From: Justusliebigvirus alia | Sequence record: OZ035799.1 | DNA: 64,000 nucleotides | Direction: 5' to 3' (one strand) | Part shown: positions 29,045 through 38,432 of the stretch, piece by piece | How the letters are laid out: the number at the start of each line of letters is the position of its first letter | Position numbering within the stretch: the stretch's first letter is position 1 | The notes under the pieces: generated by a model | Database searches by the model: none | What the model saw: only the letters and a program-made list of their open reading frames with translations | Told to the model about the DNA's origin: nothing | Position numbers and translations under genes: made by a program

Positions 29045-29596
29045 ATGAAAAAAGACGTTATTTTTACAGGTTTTGAATTGTATGAACCAGAATTAACAGA
29101 AGAAAATATTCTTTATCTTTCTGTTGGTGGTGGTTTTTTGCAAGACAAAGATGGTAACGACTGGTATCAGCTTCAAAAAACTTTGATGGTAGAATATCCC
29201 GACGCTTATTTTATTACCTTAGATGATAATAATATTGTACGTGGTGCTACTAAAGATGTTACTACCTATTTCCCTGCCGGACAATCTATTTTAGTTACAT
29301 ATAATGTACCAGATAAAATAGAAGATGAAAGTAATATTGGCTCTTGGCAATATGTTGAAGGTAAGTTTGTTCCTCACAATAATCTTGCTATTGAAGATGC
29401 TACTCTTAAGTTAGAAAAGGAGCTAACTTGGGCTACGAATCAAGTGTCTGCGATTCAAGATTTAGAGGAATTACAAGGTTTATCTGAAGAACAAAAAGAT
29501 TGGTTAGGAAAAGTTAAACTCTATCGTGCAACATTAATTCAAATTAACGTTGAAGATGCACCTAATATAACTTGGCCTACAAGACCTAAGAAATAG
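29045..29596 (+). CDS. Tail fibre assembly protein (Tfa-like chaperone)
   Basis: C-terminal motif EEQKDWLGKVKLYRATLIQINVEDAPNITWPTRP matches the conserved Tfa C-terminal signature (...W..Y...L..vd...ap.i.WP..P). Confidence 0.65.
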   Translation: MKKDVIFTGFELYEPELTEENILYLSVGGGFLQDKDGNDWYQLQKTLMVEYPDAYFITLDDNNIVRGATKDVTTYFPAGQSILVTYNVPDKIEDESNIGSWQYVEGKFVPHNNLAIEDATLKLEKELTWATNQVSAIQDLEELQGLSEEQKDWLGKVKLYRATLIQINVEDAPNITWPTRPKK

Positions 29597-29605
29597 GGGC
29601 AATGT

Positions 29606-29947
29606 ATGGAGCTAACAGAAGTATGGGATATCGCTAAAGAGGCGATTATCCCTCTTATTGGCGTAATCTGGGTGGTCTTCAAACAGAAGATAGATGATAT
29701 GGCAAGTGATTTGGATAAAATGGAAGACAAATACCGCGAACTAGAAAAGAAGTTGGTGTTTGTTGAATCCACTTATGCTACCAAAGCAGAACTTGCTCAA
29801 ATGCTTAACCAGATCAACTCTACATTAATGGCAAATAATACTGCCTTAGAACAGAAGATTGAAAAAATAATGGATTTAAAAAATGCTCCTGTTCAATTAA
29901 TGTTAGAGGAGATTACGAAGCGCACACAAAGTAAGGACAAAAATTAA
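29606..29947 (+). CDS. Membrane-anchored coiled-coil protein
   Basis: N-terminal hydrophobic helix IIPLIGVIWVVF followed by a predicted coiled coil; sits inside the fibre module. Confidence 0.4.
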   Translation: MELTEVWDIAKEAIIPLIGVIWVVFKQKIDDMASDLDKMEDKYRELEKKLVFVESTYATKAELAQMLNQINSTLMANNTALEQKIEKIMDLKNAPVQLMLEEITKRTQSKDKN

Positions 29948-32361
29948 TGGCGAATTTTCCAACATATCCTGCTACGACACTAGAACAAGGTGTTGATCTG
30001 GTTATATTCTCGTCTAACCAGATGCATGATGTTATTAATGGGGATGCTACAGCAACTGTAGAAACCGAAACAGGTTTAATACCTACACTGCGTAAAGCAC
30101 TTGTTGATAACTTCTTCTTTAAGAGTCCTGTTGCTTGGTCAGCAGGATCAACTGAAACTGTATTTAACCAGTTACGTTATTTTGAAAACGGTATCTTGAG
30201 TGGATACTATTATGCCCCATCTGCCACTACTGCTAACCCTGTACCTATGCAGGGTACACCTGTAGGAGATAGTAACTGGACTCTGTACGCTCTTAAAACT
30301 GAACAGTTAGCTTCAGATGTGTATCCTTGGTATTTTAAAGGTGCTACAGGATATGAAACAGAAATCAGTCCTCCTTATATCTTTGATAATGCTATTGTCA
30401 CCATTAACGGTGTAATTCAGATTCAAGGTGAAGCATTTACTATCAAAGATAGTAAAATTATTCTGGCAGAACCATTAGGTTTAGATCCGTCTACTGGTCT
30501 ACCTAACAAATTGTTTGCTTTTATTGGTAAAACAACAGCCTCTACTTCTTACGTAGAAAAAAACCTTTTGTCATCTACCACTGGTGCAGCAATGGTTGGT
30601 CTTCCATCTGGAGGCAACCTGTTACAAGCTCAATACTTTGTAACGCCTGAGCAGTTTGGTGCAATTGGTGATGGAGTTACCGATGATACCCAAGCAATTT
30701 TAAAAACCATTACTTTCGCTAACACGAATAACATTCAAGTACGTGCAGATAAGAATTATAGATTCACAAGCTCAATTGCTATGTCTGGTATTCGTTGGTA
30801 TGGTGGTACATTCACTGGTAACGGTGGAACAATGATTTCTACTGTGTCCTGTTGGATGGAAAACGTTCGCTTTGAAAAATGTTATGTTAAGATGTTAGGT
30901 GGTGATTGCCGATTCTATCGTAATATCTTCTCCAACGCAACATCTACAGCAGCATTCTTAATGCAAGCAATGACAAGTGAAGGTACGTTGGACTTCAGTT
31001 ACAACGAAATGTATGGTTGTAAATATGCGATCCTGCAACAAGGTACTGGAGAAGTAATGACCTACGGGCGTTACTCTAACAACTATATTCACGATATTAA
31101 AGGTGATGCTATTGAACTTAACGTAGTTCAAAAACACTACACTGAAGGTTTGATTATCGAGAATAACCACATTGCTAACGTAGATGCTTCTGGACAAGGG
31201 GCAAACTGGGGTATTGGTATTGGTGTAGCAGGTAGTGGCCCATATGGTGTTGATGTTCCTGATTCACAATATGTACGTAACTTCAGTATCGTTGGGAATA
31301 GGGTTTACAATTGCCGTCAATGTTTACACGTTGAAATGGGTAAAAACTTCACAATACGTGATAATGAAGTTTATCCTAACACAGCAGTTTCAACAGGTAC
31401 AGGTTTAACTACTTGTGGTGTTGCATTATACGGATGCCAAGATTTTGAAGTTGATGGTTTAACTGGTTATCTGCTTAATGATCCGTCTGTTTCAACACGC
31501 ATGGTCTTTATTGACTGGGGTGTTAACAGTGGAAGATATGCGGGGCCACCAATTAACTTTACAATTAAGAATTTGGATATTCCAGAATCTTCAATTGAGA
31601 TTGCAACATCTGGATCAGATGACTGGGAAAACTCTACAATTGTTAGTAATATCAATTGTAATGTTTTTAAATGGCGTGGGCTACCATCTAGCTCTACCTT
31701 TAATAATATTCGTTGCCGTAGTATTGACTTTATTGGTCAACACGGAAGCGGAGAAGGAAGTGGTGGCGGTTTCTATACTCGCAGCCAATTCACGTATATG
31801 AAGTGGGTAGGATGTACAGCACTTAGCGGAGATGAAACAACAGTTTCTTTTGCTAAAATCTACACTGATCGTTGCGATCAGGTTGGAAATAACTTTGGTG
31901 TTCCAACTGCTGTTGATGGAACAGGTCATCGTGGGCCAGTTTTAACTACTATCTCTGAACAATATTTTACAGCTTATGATGAATTCCCAGGTGGGCGTGA
32001 ATTCCCTACTGGAACAGTTATTCATTGTGCAAGCGGTAAAAAACATGTTGTTACAGTAGGTGGTGCTTTCTTTAGTGCCAACGAGAAAATAAAAGCAACT
32101 GTTACAGGTCAAACCTATCTACAGTCTAATGCTTTAAACTGGGCTAGTAATGGCTACGCTAAAGCAGCAGGTACTAAGATTGTTATTCCAGGTGCAGGTG
32201 CAAATGGCGGCGATCTTGTGACAACTATAGCACGTGCTACATATGTGACAAATAGTTTGTACACAATAGATATTGCAGATCCAATTGTAACACCTACAGC
32301 AGAGAATACACAAATTAAAGCTCTGAATCCTGTTACTTTTGTTACTGTCAACAATGCTTAA
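29947..32361 (+). CDS. Tailspike with pectate-lyase-like right-handed beta-helix (putative depolymerase)
   Basis: Motif TPEQFGAIGDGVTDDTQAILKTI resembles the N-terminal signature of pectate lyase superfamily / polysaccharide-degrading tailspikes. 804 aa. Confidence 0.65.
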   Translation: MANFPTYPATTLEQGVDLVIFSSNQMHDVINGDATATVETETGLIPTLRKALVDNFFFKSPVAWSAGSTETVFNQLRYFENGILSGYYYAPSATTANPVPMQGTPVGDSNWTLYALKTEQLASDVYPWYFKGATGYETEISPPYIFDNAIVTINGVIQIQGEAFTIKDSKIILAEPLGLDPSTGLPNKLFAFIGKTTASTSYVEKNLLSSTTGAAMVGLPSGGNLLQAQYFVTPEQFGAIGDGVTDDTQAILKTITFANTNNIQVRADKNYRFTSSIAMSGIRWYGGTFTGNGGTMISTVSCWMENVRFEKCYVKMLGGDCRFYRNIFSNATSTAAFLMQAMTSEGTLDFSYNEMYGCKYAILQQGTGEVMTYGRYSNNYIHDIKGDAIELNVVQKHYTEGLIIENNHIANVDASGQGANWGIGIGVAGSGPYGVDVPDSQYVRNFSIVGNRVYNCRQCLHVEMGKNFTIRDNEVYPNTAVSTGTGLTTCGVALYGCQDFEVDGLTGYLLNDPSVSTRMVFIDWGVNSGRYAGPPINFTIKNLDIPESSIEIATSGSDDWENSTIVSNINCNVFKWRGLPSSSTFNNIRCRSIDFIGQHGSGEGSGGGFYTRSQFTYMKWVGCTALSGDETTVSFAKIYTDRCDQVGNNFGVPTAVDGTGHRGPVLTTISEQYFTAYDEFPGGREFPTGTVIHCASGKKHVVTVGGAFFSANEKIKATVTGQTYLQSNALNWASNGYAKAAGTKIVIPGAGANGGDLVTTIARATYVTNSLYTIDIADPIVTPTAENTQIKALNPVTFVTVNNA

Positions 32362-32365
32362 TTAA

Positions 32366-32390
32366 AAAGGGGCGAAAGCCCCTTTATAAA
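32366..32390 (+). terminator. Hairpin terminator after the tailspike gene
   Basis: AAAGGGGC-GAAA-GCCCCTTT, then ATAAAAGG (weak U tract). Confidence 0.45.
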
Positions 32391-32402
32391 AGGAGTAGTA
32401 AA

Positions 32403-34364
32403 GTGATTTTAACACGTCCAAATAGTGCCATTGCAGACATGGTAGAGTCTCGCTATAGAAAGCGTAGAAGTTTTGCAAGTGGTTTTACCTTAAGAGATGC
32501 TCGTGAAGCATTGCTCTTTGAAACTGACGGTAACTACTATCAGTGGAAAGGTTCTCTACCTAAAGTTGTACCTGCTAACTCTACTCCTACATCTACTGGA
32601 GGGATTTCAGATACAGCTTGGAAAAATGTGGGTAATGCAGATGACATTGCTCAAATAGAATCAGAATTAGATGCTATTGAAGCTGAAATTGAAGATCTTA
32701 GAGAATCCATTCCAGAAGCTGGTAAATCAGCTTACCAGATTGCCGTAGACAATGGTTTCCAAGGTACTGAGACAGAGTGGTTGGCTTCTTTAAAAGGTGA
32801 TCCAGGTGCTCCATTAAAGCTGCTAGGGACACTATCTAATACCAACCAATTACCTACAACTGGAAACAATGCAGGAGATGCATGGATTGTAGGCGAGAAT
32901 ATGTATGCTTGGGATGGTACTGCTTGGAGAAAAGTAAACTCACAGGGGCCAGAAGGTAAATCAGCTTATCAAGTTTGGCTTGCAGCAGGAAACCAAGGTA
33001 CAGAACTAGATTATCTTGCTTCAATTAAAGGTGATAAAGGGGAACCTGGCCCAGAGGGGCCACAAGGTGTACCAGGTAATAATGCTAATGGTTTTGATTA
33101 CCAAGGTGCAGCTAATTCCGTTTCAGATCTTCCTTCTGCATCTCCTGGAAACACATCTCAAGCATGGAGTATTGGTACATATCTATACGTGTCAAACGGT
33201 GTAGAATGGATCAATATGGGCGCTATAGTGGGGCCAAAAGGAGATAAAGGCGACAAAGGAGATAAGGGTAACACTGGTGATTCTGCTTATCAAGTCTGGT
33301 TAAATGCTGGTAACGTTGGTACTATTGACGAATATATTGCCTCTCTGAAAGGAGAAAAAGGTGATAAGGGAGACAAGGGTGATCAAGGTGAGCAGGGTAT
33401 ACAAGGCTTGACGGGGCCAACTGGTGCAGGGTTGACAATTATTGATATTCTGACTGACACTTCTGAACTACCACAAACTGGAGAAGATGGTGATGGTTAT
33501 CTGATCAATAATGAACTTTGGGTCTGGTTGCAAGGAGCCACAGAGTGGACAAACGTTGGTCGTTTAGCTGGTACTCCAATCACTGCAAAAGGACACGTTG
33601 CGTCTGCAAGTGCACTTCCTCCTACATCCAATTACGGTGATGCTTATTTGACGGAAGATACAGGTCATCTTTACATTTACACCTATGATGAACAAACTCA
33701 AACTGCTGAATATGTAGATATGGGTAGTTTGAAAGGTGATAAGGGTGAGAAAGGTGACGCTGGTACTAACGGTACGGATGGTGCAACTTGGATTGTTAAA
33801 ACAACAGATCCAATTTCTAGTGATGGTAAACAAGGTGATTATGCCTTTAATATCTCCACTGGTGAGGTGTTCTTAAAAACATCTGCAACTGCCTGGACTT
33901 CTCAAGGTACACTGCCTAGCATCACAGATGCACCTAGTGACGGTAAGATCTATGCTCGTAAAGATGGAGCATGGGAAGAACTCACTAGTTCTGTAGATGG
34001 TCAAGATATAGTTCCAACAAAAGTAACAACTAATTTTATAGAGGTTACAGCATACACCAACAACTCTGTTACAGGTGACTGGACACCTCCAGGAACACAT
34101 AACATGAATGTGTTGAATCTTACTGGTAACGCTACTATAAAAGCATGGCCTGGTGTCGAAGATAGTACAAAACCTAAACCATTCTCTGCAATAGTTTATC
34201 TTATCCAAGATGCCACTGGAGGTCGTACTGTTACTTTAGATCCATCTTACAAAGTAATTGGTTCTAGTGATATTAATACAGATCCTAACGGAGTAACAAT
34301 ACTACAACTAACATATTGTGGTGTTGGCGATTACGTGGATGCTATTGTTGCTAAACGCACATAA
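32403..34364 (+). CDS. Tail fibre with collagen-like G-X-Y repeats and phage fibre repeats
   Basis: Three copies of a ~30 aa module (KSAYQIAVDNGFQGTETEWLASLKG, KSAYQVWLAAGNQGTELDYLASIKG, DSAYQVWLNAGNVGTIDEYIASLKG), each followed by collagen-like GDKGDKGDKG or GEKGDKGDKGDQGEQGIQG. Confidence 0.6.
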   Translation: MILTRPNSAIADMVESRYRKRRSFASGFTLRDAREALLFETDGNYYQWKGSLPKVVPANSTPTSTGGISDTAWKNVGNADDIAQIESELDAIEAEIEDLRESIPEAGKSAYQIAVDNGFQGTETEWLASLKGDPGAPLKLLGTLSNTNQLPTTGNNAGDAWIVGENMYAWDGTAWRKVNSQGPEGKSAYQVWLAAGNQGTELDYLASIKGDKGEPGPEGPQGVPGNNANGFDYQGAANSVSDLPSASPGNTSQAWSIGTYLYVSNGVEWINMGAIVGPKGDKGDKGDKGNTGDSAYQVWLNAGNVGTIDEYIASLKGEKGDKGDKGDQGEQGIQGLTGPTGAGLTIIDILTDTSELPQTGEDGDGYLINNELWVWLQGATEWTNVGRLAGTPITAKGHVASASALPPTSNYGDAYLTEDTGHLYIYTYDEQTQTAEYVDMGSLKGDKGEKGDAGTNGTDGATWIVKTTDPISSDGKQGDYAFNISTGEVFLKTSATAWTSQGTLPSITDAPSDGKIYARKDGAWEELTSSVDGQDIVPTKVTTNFIEVTAYTNNSVTGDWTPPGTHNMNVLNLTGNATIKAWPGVEDSTKPKPFSAIVYLIQDATGGRTVTLDPSYKVIGSSDINTDPNGVTILQLTYCGVGDYVDAIVAKRT

Positions 34365-34366
34365 TC

Positions 34367-34392
34367 AAAGCCCCTTCGGGGGCTTATTATTT
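34367..34392 (+). terminator. Rho-independent terminator
   Basis: AAGCCCC-TTCG-GGGGCTT followed by ATTATTT. Confidence 0.6.
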
Positions 34393-34403
34393 AAGGAGAT
34401 TAA

Positions 34404-37217
34404 ATGTATCCTATTCCTTTATTTATGTCAACAACATCAGCTTCAGTAGTAACAGCTACATCTATAACCACTTCATCTATTGGTATTGCAATAGTTGGTA
34501 GTAAAAAGCAACTGACATACACAGTTTCACCGGAAGATGGTGCGTTATTTGATATAGCTTTTTCATCTTCAGATAATACCAAAATGGTTATAGATAATAG
34601 TGGTATGATGGAGTTTGTTGCCGAAGGTGGTTTTGATGCAATAATGACAGCTAAAAATAATTTAGGTGCTGTCTTAACTGATCAATCTGGGGGTTATGCT
34701 TCAGAATTAAGCGTGTACACTGAAAGTCTATCAGCTATGGATGTAGGCACTACTCAACAGTTGGTTGCTACAATCAGTCCAGAAGGTGCTAAAGATCTTC
34801 CAGACATGGTAATTACGTACACCACAACAGATCCAGAAGTAGCTACTGTAAGCCCTACAGGATTAATAACTGCTCTTAAAGATGGCAATTGCCGTATAGG
34901 TTGTACTGCAACGTATCAAGGAACAGTTGTGGCCTCTGATAGTTCTTATTTAGGTGTTAATGCTATTCCTGTTATTTCTAATGTAACAGCCGTGGCAAAC
35001 AGCTATGGAGACGTTCGTGTTGCTTGGGATGTAACTGATCCTCTAGATGGTGATACTTATACTGTAGAAGTATTAGATTTAAGTAATAACAGTGTCCAGT
35101 GGACTACAACAACCACGAATACTTACGCCTACTTTGATATCTCTGACTCTATTCCTCTTTATGGGTTTGCTCCAACATACCTTAAAATTAGCGTTAAGAG
35201 CACCAAAGCAGCAGCCGTTATCTTTAATAACTCAATAGCTACAGATGATTCATTCATTAAAGAAGTTATTGTCTTTGCTGGACAAGATAACGTAAATGCA
35301 CACTTTACAGAACTATCTGGTGCAAATAAAGCAGCAATGAGTAGCACAACAGCCCGTAATGCATATGCTACGCAACGTGGTTTAGCAAATGCTGAAGTTC
35401 TTCCGTTAAATACAGCTTCTGGATCATCAGCAGCAGATAAATATGCTGACGATAAAGCTGGAACAGGTACACCAGACAACTACTGGTATGATCTGGATAA
35501 CACAGCAGATGGGCCATGCTTAACTAACTTTATCACTAAAGTCACACCTTATGCAAGTAAGGTTAAAGCCATTATTTGGGGACAAGGTGAAAATGATGCT
35601 GTATCAGCATCTTCAACTGTTGCAGGTAGATACAGTAACACTACACGTTACCATGATGCTACGATAGCTATCTTTGATAAGATGCGTACAATAGTTCCTG
35701 CTTCTCAAGCAAAAATTGTTTGGCAGATCCTGGGACGTTCTTATTTATATGGTGTAGAAGTTAATGGTGTGGATTGGCAGAAGTACAGAAATGTACAAAG
35801 AACCATCTCTACAGCACGTGATGATGTTATCATTGGTTCTTGGGTAGATGGTGCTGAACGTTACAGTGGTTATGTTTATGAAGAAGGTATTGATGGTCGT
35901 ATCCATTATATTTCTTCTGTATACCAAACAGCAGCTACAAAACTTGCTAAATCAGCAGCAGACGGTACAGACTTAACATCAACGTCACCTGTTTGGGTTG
36001 ATATGGCTGTTCCAACTGGAGCAACAGCTACTTCCCAACCTAATCAAGATACAATTTTAGCATGGGATGCTCAAGGCTATAGTAAACACTACTTCCGTAA
36101 TATTAACGTCTTAACCGCATCTGTATTAACTGAACAAACGCTTAATACGAACAGTTATACGTTTACCTATGCAGATCAAGTAGAACAATATGGTTTTGCA
36201 GCAGGAACTACTGTATTTGATGTTGCATATTATGACGAAGCAAATGATGTGTTATCTCCTTTAGTACGTTTTAATGTTAATGTTACACCAGGAACTGTCG
36301 TGATGGATTATGATTTGACACAAGAAACTCTTCCAGCAGATGTGCGCGTAAACAGGAGCAACCATTATGCTAGGGCTTCTGGAGATATCCTTGTACCGAC
36401 AGAGGTTTCTGCTCCTATAGCACCTTTAGAATATATTGGTACAACGCCACAAGGTAGACGTGTTGTAGCAGCCAGCCGTACATATATCTTTATCAACAAT
36501 AACTTGACAACAGCTTCCCCGTGGTTGAAGACGAACTTGACAGTTACAGCATCAACAATCAACTCTCCGGTTGGAACTACAGCTAACACTTACAAGTTAA
36601 CACCTTCTACAACTTCAGGACAACATATTTTATCAGCGGTGAATACAGCTTCTGATATTACAGCAGGTAAACAATGGGCTGCATCTGTATTCTTGAAACC
36701 AGACGGGATCACTAAAGTCAAGCTCAAATTGACTTCAGGAGATGAGGTTAACGAAGGGACTTATGATCTTGAAGCTGGAACATTTACAGGCACAGATGCA
36801 AATATGATCGACATGGGGAATGGTTGGTATCGTGTAATCTTACATAAAGTAACGATTGCTAAACAAGCCTCTATGACTTATGAGATTATAGCTTTGAATG
36901 CCAGTGGATCAGACACTTTTGCAGGAGACGGCACTGGAGGTCTTATTGCTTGGGTTCCACAACTTGAAATGGGTGATATGACAAACCCAGTTTGGGCGGG
37001 GACACCATTTGTTTGTACTTATGCACGAGACACAGATAGTGCTGCCACCTTCACTATTCCTAAGAACGGACACACTGGCGTGGATATTTACCACACAGAT
37101 GGAACTGTGCAAAGAGAGATTTTCACTGGCACAGCTACTACTTGGATGTTGTCATTCAACGCCGCAAGTGCGGATTGGGGATCGAAATTCATTTCTGGTT
37201 TGAAATATTACGACTAA
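34404..37217 (+). CDS. Receptor-binding protein with Ig-like (Big_2) domain and SASA-like carbohydrate esterase domain
   Basis: Big_2-like segment (VATVSPTGLITALKDGNCRIGCTA). Esterase motifs FAGQDNVNAHF (GQSN-like) and IIWGQGENDA (WxQGExD-like), typical of sialate O-acetylesterase (SASA) family. 937 aa. Confidence 0.55.
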   Translation: MYPIPLFMSTTSASVVTATSITTSSIGIAIVGSKKQLTYTVSPEDGALFDIAFSSSDNTKMVIDNSGMMEFVAEGGFDAIMTAKNNLGAVLTDQSGGYASELSVYTESLSAMDVGTTQQLVATISPEGAKDLPDMVITYTTTDPEVATVSPTGLITALKDGNCRIGCTATYQGTVVASDSSYLGVNAIPVISNVTAVANSYGDVRVAWDVTDPLDGDTYTVEVLDLSNNSVQWTTTTTNTYAYFDISDSIPLYGFAPTYLKISVKSTKAAAVIFNNSIATDDSFIKEVIVFAGQDNVNAHFTELSGANKAAMSSTTARNAYATQRGLANAEVLPLNTASGSSAADKYADDKAGTGTPDNYWYDLDNTADGPCLTNFITKVTPYASKVKAIIWGQGENDAVSASSTVAGRYSNTTRYHDATIAIFDKMRTIVPASQAKIVWQILGRSYLYGVEVNGVDWQKYRNVQRTISTARDDVIIGSWVDGAERYSGYVYEEGIDGRIHYISSVYQTAATKLAKSAADGTDLTSTSPVWVDMAVPTGATATSQPNQDTILAWDAQGYSKHYFRNINVLTASVLTEQTLNTNSYTFTYADQVEQYGFAAGTTVFDVAYYDEANDVLSPLVRFNVNVTPGTVVMDYDLTQETLPADVRVNRSNHYARASGDILVPTEVSAPIAPLEYIGTTPQGRRVVAASRTYIFINNNLTTASPWLKTNLTVTASTINSPVGTTANTYKLTPSTTSGQHILSAVNTASDITAGKQWAASVFLKPDGITKVKLKLTSGDEVNEGTYDLEAGTFTGTDANMIDMGNGWYRVILHKVTIAKQASMTYEIIALNASGSDTFAGDGTGGLIAWVPQLEMGDMTNPVWAGTPFVCTYARDTDSAATFTIPKNGHTGVDIYHTDGTVQREIFTGTATTWMLSFNAASADWGSKFISGLKYYD

Positions 37218-37250
37218 TAAAAAAGGAGCCTATTGGCTCCTTTTCTTTTA
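37216..37250. terminator. Bidirectional terminator at the point where the two gene blocks converge
   Basis: AGGAGCC-TATT-GGCTCCT flanked by an A-run upstream and a T-run downstream. Genes switch from plus to minus strand here. Confidence 0.7.
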
Positions 37251-37252
37251 TC

Positions 37253-37684
37253 TTAATCAGTGAAAATTACGCTTACATCTTCTTTAGAAAAGAGTTTATG
37301 ATCTTCACCTTTTGTCTCAAGAGTTTCATACAGGTTAAGAAGTTCTGAAACATCTTTCTCTACCAGTTTCTTCAATGTTGCAATTTTCTGTTTGCGACTC
37401 TTAATACGTTCAGCTACAACCTTACGTTGGTATCCAGCAGTACGATAACCTGAGAAAGTTACACCAGTGAGACTTGCAGTTACAGGATCGTAATGACGTT
37501 CAATCTGAAATTTATTAAAAGGTACAGCGTCATCACGAATAATCTTCCCGCCATTACTTACTTGACGAAGACCAGTAACTTGTTCTAGTCGTGCCATAGA
37601 AATCTTTGGAGACAGACCAGAGTCCAGGTTCATACCATTGTTAATCAGTGCTTTCAGGGTGATTTTGCTGTTCAGTGTACTCAT
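37253..37684 (-). CDS. Hypothetical protein
   Basis: 143 aa ORF with GGAGGA RBS located inside the 3' end of the methyltransferase gene; no recognised motif. Confidence 0.45.
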   Translation of the reverse strand: MSTLNSKITLKALINNGMNLDSGLSPKISMARLEQVTGLRQVSNGGKIIRDDAVPFNKFQIERHYDPVTASLTGVTFSGYRTAGYQRKVVAERIKSRKQKIATLKKLVEKDVSELLNLYETLETKGEDHKLFSKEDVSVIFTD

Positions 37685-38372
37685 TTAGTCGTTCCTCCGC
37701 TTGCTTAAAAATATTTACATCGGCTTCACAGCCTAAGTATTCTCTACCTGTTAAAAGTGCCGCAACTTGTGTTGTTGCACTTCCAGAGAAGAAGTCTAAG
37801 ACTACATCTCCTTCGTTGGTGTGTATATTAATAAGGTCACAAAACAAAGTCAAGTGTTTTTGTGTTGGATGAAAACGATCTGCTCCTTGATAGATAGGAT
37901 ACTCAAACACACCCTTATGGTAGGAAGCATTGAAGGTTGGCTTAGAACCTTTAACACAAACAATAGCCATTTCTTTAGCGTTACTAAGATAGTTAACACC
38001 ACTGTTGATGGGTACAGGGTTTGTTTTAATCCATTCGATAGTACGGAACATACGAAAACCAAGCGGTTCAAGGATTTCACGTAGCTCCTGGATCTTCCAG
38101 ATATCATACCAAACTATGCAAGTACCACCTTTTCTAAGCACCCTATAGGCTTCTTTGAATACTTCTTTAAAGTAAGGAATATCTACAACATCCCAATCAC
38201 CAAAGTTGTAAGATACACGGAATCTATCCGTATCTTTTCCAGTAGGCTCTCCAGACTGAAAATTTGTGTCACGAGAAATAGCATATGGTGGGTCAGTAAG
38301 AATCAAATCTACACTATTGCTTTCGAGGGTTTGCAGGTAGTTTAATGCAGTGTTGTTTACAAATTCGCTCAT
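37641..38372 (-). CDS. DNA methyltransferase (amino-methyltransferase, DPPY motif; N6-adenine or N4-cytosine)
   Basis: Motif IV LILTDPPYA precedes motif I VVLDFFSGSATT (beta-class order). No restriction endonuclease partner seen, so it looks like an orphan methyltransferase. Confidence 0.8.
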   Translation of the reverse strand: MSEFVNNTALNYLQTLESNSVDLILTDPPYAISRDTNFQSGEPTGKDTDRFRVSYNFGDWDVVDIPYFKEVFKEAYRVLRKGGTCIVWYDIWKIQELREILEPLGFRMFRTIEWIKTNPVPINSGVNYLSNAKEMAIVCVKGSKPTFNASYHKGVFEYPIYQGADRFHPTQKHLTLFCDLINIHTNEGDVVLDFFSGSATTQVAALLTGREYLGCEADVNIFKQAEERLNEYTEQQNHPESTD

Positions 38373-38377
38373 TATAT

Positions 38378-38410
38378 CTCCTTCAAAGAAAAGGAGCCGT
38401 TAGGCTCCTT
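38378..38410 (-). terminator. Hairpin terminator between the SSB-like gene and the methyltransferase gene
   Basis: On the minus strand: AAGGAGCC-TAAC-GGCTCCTT followed by TTCTTTG. Near-identical stem to the bidirectional terminator at 37224. Confidence 0.5.
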
Positions 38411-38432
38411 ATATTCACACAATACTTAACTA

